A stretch of DNA of 64,000 bases from Steroidobacteraceae bacterium (GTDB taxonomy: Bacteria > Pseudomonadota > Gammaproteobacteria > Steroidobacterales > Steroidobacteraceae). The stretch spans positions 24,454-88,453 of the forward strand of contig DAITMW010000001.1 of the NCBI GenBank assembly GCA_036834945.1. Direction: 5' to 3'. The notes beneath the pieces are model-generated. The model was not told the origin of the DNA and did not search any database. It worked only from the letters and a program-made list of their open reading frames with translations. This document shows, one piece after another, positions 27,017 to 37,400 of the stretch (positions within the stretch are counted from its first letter, which is position 1; every line of letters begins with the position of its first letter). A program made the position numbers and the translations under genes.

Positions 27017-28669
27017 GTGACTGTCAGTAGGCGCTCCTGGCTGCAAGGCGCCGCCCTCGGGGCGGCCCTTGCGGCCGGATCGGCCCTTGCCGATCCATTG
27101 CGATTGCCGGTGCAGGCTTTCTGCACCAGCCGCGGCCTGCGCAAGGTGGTCTTGCGCAAGCCCGATCTTGCCGGCGTGCAGATGTTGCATCCGCAGCGTC
27201 TGGTGCGCTTCGTCGATCCTCTGCCCGTCCCGGAAGTCCTGCGAGGTCCGAAACACCGCCTGCGGATGCGGGAGGCCTGGACCCACTTGCACCGGGATCT
27301 GCCCCCGACACGGATCTGGGGCTATGACGGAAAATTGCCCGGGCCCACGATCGAGGTGCGCAGCAACGAGCCCGTGTCGATCGAATGGGCCAACGACCTG
27401 CCGCGCGAGCACCTGTTTCCGATCGATCACACGTTGCACGGTGCCGGTCGTGATGTGCCCGATGTCAGGGCGGTTGTTCACGTTCATGGGGCGCGCGTGC
27501 CTCCTGACAGCGACGGCTATCCGGAGCACTGGACTGCACCGGGGCAGCCGGCGACCTACCGCTATCCCAACAGGCAGGACGCGACGACGCTCTGGTACCA
27601 CGATCACGCGATGGGCATCGAGCGTCTGAATGTCTATGCCGGCTTGTTTGGCGCCTTTCTCGTTCGGGACGCCGCGGAGGATGCTCTGCAGCTGCCCGGC
27701 GGTGAATTCGAGATCCCCTTGCTCATCTGCGACCGTTTGCTGACAGCGGATGGGCAACTTTACTATCCGGCTTCGGGGTCACCGGAGTCGCCCTGGGTCT
27801 CTGAGGTCTACGGCGACGTCCATCTGATCAACGGGAAGATCCAACCGTACCTGGAAGTGGAGCCGAGGCCCTACCGTTTCCGGATCGTGAACGCCGCCAA
27901 CGCGCGCTTCTACTATCTCTCCCTCGGTGACGACTCCCCGCTGCAACAGATTGGTAGCGATCAGGGCCTCCTGCCGCGGCCCGTCGCGAAGCAAACTCTG
28001 ATGATCGCGCCGGCGGAGCGCGCGGATGTGATCATCGACTTCGCCGCTCTGGCCGGTCGGACGATCACGCTGCGCAGCCAGGCGTTCGAGCTCATGCAGT
28101 TTCGGGTGGCCGCGCGCACCAGGTCGACGCTGACGTCGCGCAAGCTGCCGGCAAAGTTACGAACGGTTGCCAGGATTGCGCGCACGGCGGCCGTCAGGAC
28201 CCGTACTCTGACACTGGACACCTACACCGATCCCAGGACGCACATGATGATGATGTTGCTGAATGGGACCTACTGGCACCAGCCGGTAACCGAAAGACCC
28301 GTGCTCGGCAGCACGGAAATCTGGGAGTTCCTCAACCTGACGGAGGACACTCACCCCATCCATCTGCACCTGGTCCGATTCCAGGTCCTCAACCGCCAGC
28401 GCTTCGACGTGGACCTCTACCTGAGGGAGCGCCAGTTGCGGGTCGCCGGTCCGGAGCTGCCGCCCCTGGACAACGAGCACGGCTGGAAAGATACCGTGCA
28501 GGCGGATGCGGGCCTGATCACTCGCATCATCGTCCCTTTCGAGGGCTATCCCGGCCGCTACGTCTGGCACTGTCACGTGTTGGAGCATGCGGCGAACGAG
28601 ATGATGCGCCCCTTCGACGTCGTGAGTACCGAATCCCACGCGGTGTCGCAACGCGGTCCGCATCCCTAG
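27017..28669 (+). CDS. Tat-exported multicopper oxidase (CotA/bilirubin-oxidase-like)
   Basis: 550 aa with twin-arginine signal SRRSWLQGAA. Four Cu motifs: HVHG, WYHDHAMG, HPIHLHL, WHCHVLEHAANEMM. Starts 3 nt after the phosphoesterase stop. Confidence 0.85.
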   Translation: MTVSRRSWLQGAALGAALAAGSALADPLRLPVQAFCTSRGLRKVVLRKPDLAGVQMLHPQRLVRFVDPLPVPEVLRGPKHRLRMREAWTHLHRDLPPTRIWGYDGKLPGPTIEVRSNEPVSIEWANDLPREHLFPIDHTLHGAGRDVPDVRAVVHVHGARVPPDSDGYPEHWTAPGQPATYRYPNRQDATTLWYHDHAMGIERLNVYAGLFGAFLVRDAAEDALQLPGGEFEIPLLICDRLLTADGQLYYPASGSPESPWVSEVYGDVHLINGKIQPYLEVEPRPYRFRIVNAANARFYYLSLGDDSPLQQIGSDQGLLPRPVAKQTLMIAPAERADVIIDFAALAGRTITLRSQAFELMQFRVAARTRSTLTSRKLPAKLRTVARIARTAAVRTRTLTLDTYTDPRTHMMMMLLNGTYWHQPVTERPVLGSTEIWEFLNLTEDTHPIHLHLVRFQVLNRQRFDVDLYLRERQLRVAGPELPPLDNEHGWKDTVQADAGLITRIIVPFEGYPGRYVWHCHVLEHAANEMMRPFDVVSTESHAVSQRGPHP

Positions 28670-28857
28670 CACCAACTCCCACCCACTGCGCCGGTCCTCG
28701 GTGCCGAACGTTGGATTTCAACCGCGTGCTGGATTCGCGGCGCGTGTGCACTTATGCTGCTGGCCACTGGCTGCCTCCAGCTGACACAACACGAAAGGGG
28801 CACGGATAGTCCAAACACCTTACTGATCGCGTAACAAAAATCTGATGGGGAGAAACC

Positions 28858-31800
28858 ATGAAGATCACCAGTTGCGGAAGACTGGCCTGGACTCTGCTCG
28901 GCACGATTTTGGCAAGCTCCACGATCGCCGCGGGAACGGCGCCCGCGAAACAGTTCCATCGAACCGATCTGCACGGAACCGTCCACTCGAAAATCCTACC
29001 TGCCGTCGTGGACCGAACCCCGGTCAACGTAGTCGTGCTCCTCCCGGGAGCCTCCGTGGCCGATGAGCAGGCGACTGTGGGGCGACGCCTGACCCGGCAG
29101 GAAAAAAACACCATCAAGGCACAGCGTGCGACCGAGCAGGCGGCGACACGCGGCCAGATCGAGAGTGCCGGGGGCGAGGTCATCGGCGCCTTCCAGAGCG
29201 CGCTGAATGGTGTGAAAGTCAGAATTCCCCGTAATCAAATCAACGCATTGAGGCAGATTCCGGGAGTCGTCGATGTCGTCCGCGTCGGGGTCCACAAGCT
29301 CAACAACGTAGTCAGCGTGCCACGTATCCAGGCGCCGATTGCATGGTCGGGCGCCGCGGGAGTCCACGGTGAAGGCATCAAGGTCGGCATAATCGATACC
29401 GGTATCGACTACACCCACGCCGATTTCGGAGGCACGGGAACCGTGGCCGCCTACCAGGCGGCACTCGCGACCGATACGGCACCGGCCAACCCGTCCCTGT
29501 TCGGCCCCGGTGCGCCCAAGGTGAAAGGCGGTATTGACCTGGTCGGCGATGACTACAACGCCGATCCGGACTCGGCCACCTACCAGCCCGTACCTCATCC
29601 CGATCCCAATCCGTTGGATTGCAATTCTCACGGGACGCACGTGGCCGGTACGGCCGCCGGCTACGGAGTCCTGGCGGACGGCTCTACTTTCCACGGTACC
29701 TACGACCAACTGACCTACGTGAACAACACGTTTGGAGTAGGCCCTGGCGTGGCTCCCCGCGCGGATCTCTATGCGATCCGTGTTTTCGGGTGTGAGGGAT
29801 CCACAGACGTCGTATCGGATGCGATCGAGTGGGCGGTGGACAATGACATGGATGTGATCAACATGTCGTTGGGCTCGGATTTCGGCTCGGGTGTGGATTC
29901 CGACTCCCTCGCTGCCGATGCAGCCGTCAGGGCGGGTGTGGTCGTCGTCTCGGCGGCCGGCAACGCCGGGGACATTTCTTATGTGCTGGGCTCGCCGGGC
30001 GGCAGCGTCAAGGGAATCGCAGTCGCCGCCAGCGCTCGGGAATCCTTTGACCGAACAGCCAATTTCAGCTTGCCCGCCGTGACGGGGGCACCGACACAAA
30101 CCATCACCGCGCTGAATGCGAACAACGCCAGCTGGCCCTCTCCCGAAAGCCTTCAGGTCGTTGTGCTTCGAACCAGTTCCGGCGCGATCAGCCTTGGCTG
30201 TGATCCACAGGAATATGTTAACGCGGGCGTCGCCGGCAAGATCGCCGTGGTTCAGCGGGGTACTTGTGCGCGTGTAGCACGCGCAATTTTCGGCCAACAG
30301 GCTGGGGCCGCGGCCGTGGTGATGATCAACAACGCCAATAGCCTCCCGGTGTTCGAGGGTGAGATCACCTCAAATCCCGACACAGGTGAGCCGTTCACGG
30401 TGACTATTCCATTCTTTGGAGTGAAGGGCCCTGCCAACGTTGCGAGCTCGGATGGAGCCGCGCTGGCACTCCGTGATGGACAGACGATCAGTCTCAGCGA
30501 GGGAACACCTATCGCAACGGGCATGGCCAGCTTCAGCTCCAGTGGCCCACGTACACCCGATGCACGTCTCAAGCCGGACATCACCGCACCGGGTACGAAC
30601 ATCATCTCGGCTGGAATGGGAACCGGCAACGGCACCCTCGTCGATTCCGGCACATCGATGGCGACTCCGCACATCACGGGTGTCGCGGCGCTGACCATAC
30701 AGGCCCATCCGAAGTGGAAACCCAACGCAATCAAGTCGGCCATCATCAACAGTGGCAATCCGGGTGATCTCCCCGACTACCAGGCACACAGGGCGGGCAG
30801 CGGCCTCGTGAACGCGGCCGCCGCCGTGGGTACCCAGGCGATCGCCTTCGCCGACGACGATGAGACGACCCTGAACTTCCAGATGCAGGAATTCTCCGAG
30901 GATTTCTCGCAGTCTGGAAAGATTCACGTCAGAAACGACGGTACGACGTCCGTCTCGTTCAACGTCTCCGTGGCCCAGAAGCAGGGCTCACCCCACAGCC
31001 TTTCAACAGGTACATCACATATCACCGTGCCGCCCCGGAGTCAGGCCACCCTGGATGTAAGGCTCACTGTGCCAGCCGCGACAGTCGGAGACTCCACGGC
31101 AATGCGTGAGGTGGCGGGCATCGTGACGCTGACGCCCACCGTGCCCTCATCCAACCATGGGTACACCTTGCGCGTGCCCTACTATCTCGTCCCGCGAGTC
31201 TCATCGAACGTGGACGCGAAGATCGCCATCAAAGCGAAGGACACGCAGGGTGTCGTGTCGCTCACGAACCGCAACAGCCCGATCGCAGGCAATGCGGATT
31301 TCTACGCGTGGGGACTCGAGGATCAGAAGAAAGAGGTGGACGGTCGGCTGGACCTGCACGCCGCGGGTGTGCAGACCTTCCCGAACGACGGAGTCCTCGC
31401 CTTCGCGATCAATACCTACAAAGGATGGTCGACCGCCGAACAGGAGGAGTTCGACGTCTCGATCGATACGAACGGCGATGGCGTTGCCGACTACGTGGTC
31501 TTCAATGCCGACTTCGGTCTCGTCTCGGCGGGTCTGGCCAATGGCCAGGTCGCGGCATTCGTCCTCAACGTCAAGACCAACCTGTTGAGCGTCAACTTCC
31601 TGGCTGATGCGCCGACGGACGGCAGCACGATCATTCTCCCAGTGCTCCTCTCCGATCTCGGGCTGTCGCCAGCGAGCCCGCGCTTCACCTACGCGGTGCA
31701 GTCGTTCGATCAGTTGAGCAGTCAGACTGACGCGTTCAACCAGGTGGCATCCTTCAATGCGTTCCAGAGCTCGGTCAGCACCGGAAACTTTGTCACCGTC

Positions 31801-31941
31801 AACCCGAACCAGGCGATTGGAGTGACGGTAACGGTCAATCCGGCGGAGTTCGCCCGCACGCCAGCGAAGGGCGTGATGATCGTGACTCACGACAACAAGA
31901 ATGGCAGCAGCGAGGTAAACCTGCTCAACATCAAGCGCTGA
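28858..31941 (+). CDS. Secreted S8 (subtilisin-family) serine peptidase with PA-domain insertion and long C-terminal extension
   Basis: 1027 aa with a signal peptide. Catalytic triad motifs VGIIDTGIDYTH, HGTHVAGTAAG and GTSMATPHITGVAAL. PA-like insert GKIAVVQRGTCARV. Confidence 0.9.
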   Translation: MKITSCGRLAWTLLGTILASSTIAAGTAPAKQFHRTDLHGTVHSKILPAVVDRTPVNVVVLLPGASVADEQATVGRRLTRQEKNTIKAQRATEQAATRGQIESAGGEVIGAFQSALNGVKVRIPRNQINALRQIPGVVDVVRVGVHKLNNVVSVPRIQAPIAWSGAAGVHGEGIKVGIIDTGIDYTHADFGGTGTVAAYQAALATDTAPANPSLFGPGAPKVKGGIDLVGDDYNADPDSATYQPVPHPDPNPLDCNSHGTHVAGTAAGYGVLADGSTFHGTYDQLTYVNNTFGVGPGVAPRADLYAIRVFGCEGSTDVVSDAIEWAVDNDMDVINMSLGSDFGSGVDSDSLAADAAVRAGVVVVSAAGNAGDISYVLGSPGGSVKGIAVAASARESFDRTANFSLPAVTGAPTQTITALNANNASWPSPESLQVVVLRTSSGAISLGCDPQEYVNAGVAGKIAVVQRGTCARVARAIFGQQAGAAAVVMINNANSLPVFEGEITSNPDTGEPFTVTIPFFGVKGPANVASSDGAALALRDGQTISLSEGTPIATGMASFSSSGPRTPDARLKPDITAPGTNIISAGMGTGNGTLVDSGTSMATPHITGVAALTIQAHPKWKPNAIKSAIINSGNPGDLPDYQAHRAGSGLVNAAAAVGTQAIAFADDDETTLNFQMQEFSEDFSQSGKIHVRNDGTTSVSFNVSVAQKQGSPHSLSTGTSHITVPPRSQATLDVRLTVPAATVGDSTAMREVAGIVTLTPTVPSSNHGYTLRVPYYLVPRVSSNVDAKIAIKAKDTQGVVSLTNRNSPIAGNADFYAWGLEDQKKEVDGRLDLHAAGVQTFPNDGVLAFAINTYKGWSTAEQEEFDVSIDTNGDGVADYVVFNADFGLVSAGLANGQVAAFVLNVKTNLLSVNFLADAPTDGSTIILPVLLSDLGLSPASPRFTYAVQSFDQLSSQTDAFNQVASFNAFQSSVSTGNFVTVNPNQAIGVTVTVNPAEFARTPAKGVMIVTHDNKNGSSEVNLLNIKR

Positions 31942-31953
31942 CGTTGATGCGTG

Positions 31954-31982
31954 CACCCGGCGGCCACCTCGGCCGCCGGGTG
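31954..31982. terminator. GC-rich hairpin between convergent genes (candidate bidirectional terminator)
   Basis: cacccggcggcc-acctc-ggccgccgggtg gives a perfect 12-bp stem, lying between the S8 peptidase stop (31941) and the pbpC stop (32013). No clear U-tract. Confidence 0.45.
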
Positions 31983-32012
31983 GCACCGGCCGGGACGCCC
32001 GCTGCTCTACCT

Positions 32013-34418
32013 TCAACGTCCCGCTGCAATGACGGCGCCACCTTCGCGGGCCAGCACCTCGAACGAGCGGGACAGACGATTTCCCGCCGCGTCCACGATG
32101 GTAACCACATGTGCACCGGGGGGTATATCGAGGGCCAGCTGGTGGAAAGTCTGGGTCGTCCCCAGATATACCCCATCCAGATGCCAATACAACCGGGCAT
32201 CCCGGTCGCGATGCACCGCCTCGAACACCGTCCGTCCCCGCACCCCATCCAACTCCATGGGGATGTAGATCCGCTCGGCGGGGTTGGGGTATAGAAACTC
32301 CATCGGCCCCCGACCGTCCGCCCCGCCGGAGCGCTGGCAGTCCGTGCGCCAGGCCGGCAGCTCACGATATGAGGAGTGCGCGCGGCGGAAATAAAACTCC
32401 TGCGCCGGCGGCAGAACAAACCAGGACACGTGCTGCATGTTCGCCACGTGCTCGCACGAGGAGTCGACCTGAAAGCGGCCGCCCCTGTCGAGATGCACGA
32501 GGTGGTGATAGGGACTTTGTCGGTTGAAGTGACTCGCCGCGGGTATCCAGTCAACCGTACGCTCGCATTCTTCATTGGCGAGAAAGCCGTCATCACGGCA
32601 AACGTCCACCCGCTTCATGTCGAGGATCGGCTGAGTCAGCCAGGGAGCCGGATTGAGCCGGTCATGCAACGCGAACATCAAAGGTGCCGCGGCGGTTGCG
32701 CCTGTCAGGCCGGGGCGGCCTTCGCCACTCGCATTACCCACCCAGACCGCCACCGTGTAGCGGCTCGTACTGCCGACCGCCCAGGCGTCCCGGGAGCCCC
32801 AGCTCGTCCCGGTTTTCCAGGCAATATTCCGGCTGCTGGCGAAACTTTTCCAATGGGCCTCCTCGGCGGGACGCTGTGCTTCCAGCAGCGCATTGAGAGT
32901 CAGCCATGCCGCCGCGGGCGTGAACTCGGACGGCAGTGCGATGGCTTGCGACGTTTGCAACACGTGCAACGAGTGACGAGGGGGTGGCGGCCCCGGCGTC
33001 GTATGACGAGCAATGTCCACGAGGTTGGCATACATACCCGTGATGTCCCACAAGGTCCCTTCGGCCCCGCCGAGAATGAGAGTGAGCCCGTAATCCTGGG
33101 GCTCACGAGTCAGCGTGGACATCCCCATTCGATGCAACAGATCGTAGAAGCGCTCCACGCCATACTCTTTCAGTGACCGCACGGCGGGTACGTTGAGCGA
33201 TTGCGCGAGCGCCACGTCCGCGGGCACGGCTCCACGGTAAGCGTGATCGAAGTTCTCCGGCGAGTACCCGGAATATTGAGTCGGTACATCCGCGACCAAC
33301 ATGTGCGGCAGCAGTTGCCCGCCATCGAGCATGGCCGCGTACAGGAAGGGCTTCAGAACACTACCCGTACTGCGCGGTCGTTGGATGATATCGACCGCGA
33401 GTCCGAGCTCGTTGCGGGTCGACCATTCGGCGTTTCCTACGTATGCCAGGACCTCGAACGAGCGGTTATCCACGATCAGCGCGGCCGTGTTGTGAATCTG
33501 CTCGCGCGCGAGCACCTGGGCCCGATCGTGGACCATCTGGGTCGCCGCGGCCTGCAGACTCGCGTCCAGCGTCGTCTCGAACCGAGATAACCCTGGGTGT
33601 TGAACGCGCAAGGTCTCGAGCAGATGCGGTGCTCCGTTCGGCAGTGGAAGGGGAGCATCGACAAGCGGCTCCGCGAGAGCGAGTCGCAGATCCAGCTCCG
33701 TCAGGGCGCCGGCTTCCCGCAGCCGCTGCAGCAACCGGTCCCGCTTTGCCTTCAGGGTGGCGCGGTTGCGCCCCGGCGTCACGAGGGAGGGTGCGTTGGG
33801 AAGGACAGCCAGTGTTGCCGCCTCTGCCCAGGACAGCGACTGCGGCGAGCGTCCGAAATAACGCCACGAGGCCGCTTCCAGGCCGACGACGTTGCCACCG
33901 AAAGGTGCGTGGCTGGCATAGGTCGCCAGGATCTGCCCCTTGGAGTACGACATCTCGAGGCGCAACGCGAACAGCATCTCGAGGACCTTCTCAGCGTACG
34001 TCCGAGGCAGTGCACGATCGGCACCTTCGCCATTCGAGCCACCCGCTCGCGCAAGCCGCGCGACCTGCATGGTGATGGTACTCGCACCACTGACAGTCCT
34101 TCGATGCGTCAGGTTGAGTTTGATTGCCCGTGCCAGCGCCAGCGGATCGACCCCGATGTGGTGCTCGAAGCGCTTATCCTCGAACTCCAGCAGGGCGCGC
34201 CGGTACTTGCCCGGCACCTCGGTCAGTGGCGGAAACCGCCACTGACCGTCCGCCGCAATCCGTGCGCTGAGTAGCGTCCCATCACGCGCCAGGAGAACCG
34301 AGGCTAGAGGCTCACTGAACAATGGATCCGGCAGCATCCACCAGAACGCGACGGCAAGCACGATGAGCGAGGCCCCAGCGCCCAGGATCATCCACTTGAA
34401 GCGCGACACGCGGCTCAT
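32013..34418 (-). CDS. pbpC: Penicillin-binding protein 1C (transglycosylase/transpeptidase)
   Basis: Trimmed to the ATG at 34418 (MSRVSRFKWMILGAG). GT51 motif EDKRFEHHIGVD, transpeptidase STGSVLKP (SxxK) and KTGTS. Starts 5 nt downstream of the alpha-2-macroglobulin gene. Confidence 0.85.
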   Translation of the reverse strand: MSRVSRFKWMILGAGASLIVLAVAFWWMLPDPLFSEPLASVLLARDGTLLSARIAADGQWRFPPLTEVPGKYRRALLEFEDKRFEHHIGVDPLALARAIKLNLTHRRTVSGASTITMQVARLARAGGSNGEGADRALPRTYAEKVLEMLFALRLEMSYSKGQILATYASHAPFGGNVVGLEAASWRYFGRSPQSLSWAEAATLAVLPNAPSLVTPGRNRATLKAKRDRLLQRLREAGALTELDLRLALAEPLVDAPLPLPNGAPHLLETLRVQHPGLSRFETTLDASLQAAATQMVHDRAQVLAREQIHNTAALIVDNRSFEVLAYVGNAEWSTRNELGLAVDIIQRPRSTGSVLKPFLYAAMLDGGQLLPHMLVADVPTQYSGYSPENFDHAYRGAVPADVALAQSLNVPAVRSLKEYGVERFYDLLHRMGMSTLTREPQDYGLTLILGGAEGTLWDITGMYANLVDIARHTTPGPPPPRHSLHVLQTSQAIALPSEFTPAAAWLTLNALLEAQRPAEEAHWKSFASSRNIAWKTGTSWGSRDAWAVGSTSRYTVAVWVGNASGEGRPGLTGATAAAPLMFALHDRLNPAPWLTQPILDMKRVDVCRDDGFLANEECERTVDWIPAASHFNRQSPYHHLVHLDRGGRFQVDSSCEHVANMQHVSWFVLPPAQEFYFRRAHSSYRELPAWRTDCQRSGGADGRGPMEFLYPNPAERIYIPMELDGVRGRTVFEAVHRDRDARLYWHLDGVYLGTTQTFHQLALDIPPGAHVVTIVDAAGNRLSRSFEVLAREGGAVIAAGR

Positions 34419-34423
34419 GGGCG

Positions 34424-37400
34424 TCAGTGAGCCCCGCCCGCAGCCGTACCCGCAGGCGCGACCTCGATCCACTGCCCCTGTGTATGCGCACCCTTGGTCG
34501 CATCGTACATCGCTTCGACCAACACGCCAGGCAGGTAATACCGGCCCCGGTACGACGCATTCAGGCGCGTCGTGAACCGGATCGAGTCACCCGCCCGCAA
34601 GCCGAAGAACTGCATTACCCGATCGTCGCGGATATCGGTGTAATCGACATGCGCATCGGTGGCGTCATGCGAGCCATCGGGCACGTTCCAAGGGAATGTC
34701 GTGCGCGGCGCCGGGGTATCCCGCTGACCCGTCGTGCTGGAGTTATCCAGGCGGTCGTTGTGGATTTCCCACCCCGCCGGGAAGATGTGTGTCAGGGCGA
34801 TGTTGTCGATCCGCAGTGTGGTGGTGTTCCTCACCTCGACATGGGCAATGAGATCGGTCCCCTGCGTCAGGCGCGCGACATCAACGGGTTTCCCGTCTTC
34901 GTCCGTATAGGCGACATCCAGGGTCAGTCCCGATGAGCTGGCCTCCTCATGTCCCGCCTCGGGAACACCCTGCGTGGCCACTGTGACGAACAACGGGCGC
35001 TGCGACGTGTTATGGAGCGTAAACGCTGCACCTCCATCGGGAACTCCCGGAATTGCGCTCTGATAGACCGGAGAGTGCGACGTCGTACTGGTCGTCTTAC
35101 CTCCGAGAGTCTGCTCGAAGGTAAAGGTCCCGGGATCGCCGGCCCCCGCGATTTTCGCAATCGCCATCAGGGAGTAGGCCACGGACTGAGTGCTGTACCA
35201 CCCCTGCGAGGACAGCTCATCCGCGATGGCCCTGACGAGTCCTTGGGAGCGATCCAACTGGCCCAGTGTGACCAGGCTCTGCAGAACCATGGCACGGTCG
35301 CGCAGTTCCGAGCCGAACGTGTAATCCGGATAGCGCACCGGCTGCCGCGGATCCACCTCCAGAGGATCTCCCTTCGCCAGCGATCCCGCGAGATCGCCCA
35401 GGCCGGCCAGCTTGTAGGACGCTGCCAGGATCCAACGCTCCGTTGGCGGCAGATGCTCAGACTCCCGCAGGCGATTCATCGCGCCCACGTCCGCCTCGCC
35501 GGCCAGCGCGAGAACGTACAGCCGGTAGGCCTGATCGAGAGTCTTACCCGTGCCCGGTGTCCAGTGTTGCGCCTCGTTCTTCAGATACCGCAACAGGTTG
35601 CTCTTCATCGACGGCGGCAGGGCATAGCCGGCTTTCTCGGCCTCGATCAGGAAATGGCTCGCGTAGGTGCTGGCCCACAGCCCGTAACCCTCCAGTGAGC
35701 CGTTCGCGAAGCCGCCGCTGCCACCGGGCCAGTAGCTGAACCCGCCGTTGGAAAGCTGGAACCAGCGCAAGCGCTCGATGCCGTTGCGGATGTTGTCCTC
35801 GATCTGCTGCTTGCGCCCCGCCTCGAGCTTCACCAGCGAGGGCAGGTACAGCTGCGGGAAGACGGAGGAGGTGGTCTGCTCGAGACAGCCGAACGGATAC
35901 TGGATCAGGTAGCCCAGGCGGCTCTCGAGATTGAGAGCGGGCAGGCTCGAGACCTCCAGTGTCGCCTTGTTGGTACCGGGCAGGCCGTGCGGGACCACCC
36001 GTGTACTCCAGGTTTCACCAGGCTGCACAGCATGCGTCTCGAACTTCGTGGTCGGTGGATTGGAGCTGCGCACCTCGATGTAGATGTCACTCTGTGCGCG
36101 ATGCACGCCCGAGGAAGCCGTCAGTTTCACGTGGCTCTTGCCGAGCCGATCGGCCGCCTTGATATAGAGCATGCCCAGCTTTTCCTCAGGACGTGTGAAC
36201 GCGACCTGCGTCGTGGAGTCCCCGACAGGCGTGAACAGCGAGTCAGGCTCGATGCTCAGCGCAACGCTCTTGATCGAGGGGTCGGCAACAAACACCGACA
36301 CCGGCACCGCGACACTCTCTCCGGGGCCGACGACGCGCGGCATCGTCGGTAGCAGCATCAAGGGCTGCCGCACGAACACCGACTTCTCCGCGGAGCCATA
36401 CGCGCCCTTTTCTCCGGCGACGACCATGACGCGTACGGCACCGATGTAACGTGGAATATCGATCTGGTGCGAGCCTTTTGCCCCCGCCTCGAGGTGAAAG
36501 GGCCCATAGAAGCGCACGACGGGCGGAAAGCGGGAGCGCGCCTCGTCCGGGTTGGTCTGGGCAGCGGCGTCCGAGCCGCCCAGGGCGAGCAGTCTTTCCA
36601 ACTCGGCGCTGTAGGCACCCGCAACGTCATCGAACAGGTCCCACGTCGTGATCCCGAGGGCCTCCTTCTTGTAGAAGTAGTCATACGGGTTGGGCGTTTT
36701 GAAGCTCGTCAACGTGAGCAAACCCTCGTCCACCACCGCGAGCGTATAGGTCATGGCGCGCCCGTGGGTTTCCGATACCTCGACGAGCCCTCGGCTTTCC
36801 GGCTTCCACTCGTCGGCACTCTTGATGGAGGGCGAAAGATGGGTCTCGGGGTCGGAGACCTCCAGGGGGATGACGCCGTACAGCCGGATCGGCCGGTCAT
36901 TATTCCGATTTTCGTGAGGTTGAATCAGCGTCACCGCCACGTAGACGTTGGGCGTCATCGCTGCAGTGATCGGAACCGTGAAGCGCGTGTTTCCGGCCTT
37001 TGGCTCGAGCCAACGCGAGTCGAGAATGTCGGTGCCATTTTCGATGGTCACCAGGGCACGTCCCTGCGCGCTCTGCGGCAGTTGCAGGGTGGCCGTCTCG
37101 CCCACGGCATATTTGGGCTTGTCGGCAGTGATCGCCAGGACACTGGCCGCGGGCCCTGATTGCTCGCGCTCCTTGCCCGCCCAGGAAGGCCAGTCGATGT
37201 AGAACGTCCGGCCCGAGCAATGACCACTCTCGGTATCGCAGGCCCGCACCAGGTAACGTCCCCATTCAGGATACTTGATCTCGAATTTCCACTGTCCCTG
37301 GCCCTGCGCGTTCGTCGACACGACCTCATCACGTACGACGGTGTTGCTGTTTCCCTGGGCATATTGCGCAAGTGATTCGCCGTTCTTGTCCCACCACCAC

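Noticed and set aside
23797-31941. PEP-CTERM sorting signals on the secreted proteins near the exosortase locus.
   Set aside because: The C-termini (..RQPVTLQ, ..TGRIASR, ..SQRGPHP, ..LLNIKR) lack the PEP motif followed by a TM helix and an Arg-rich tail.
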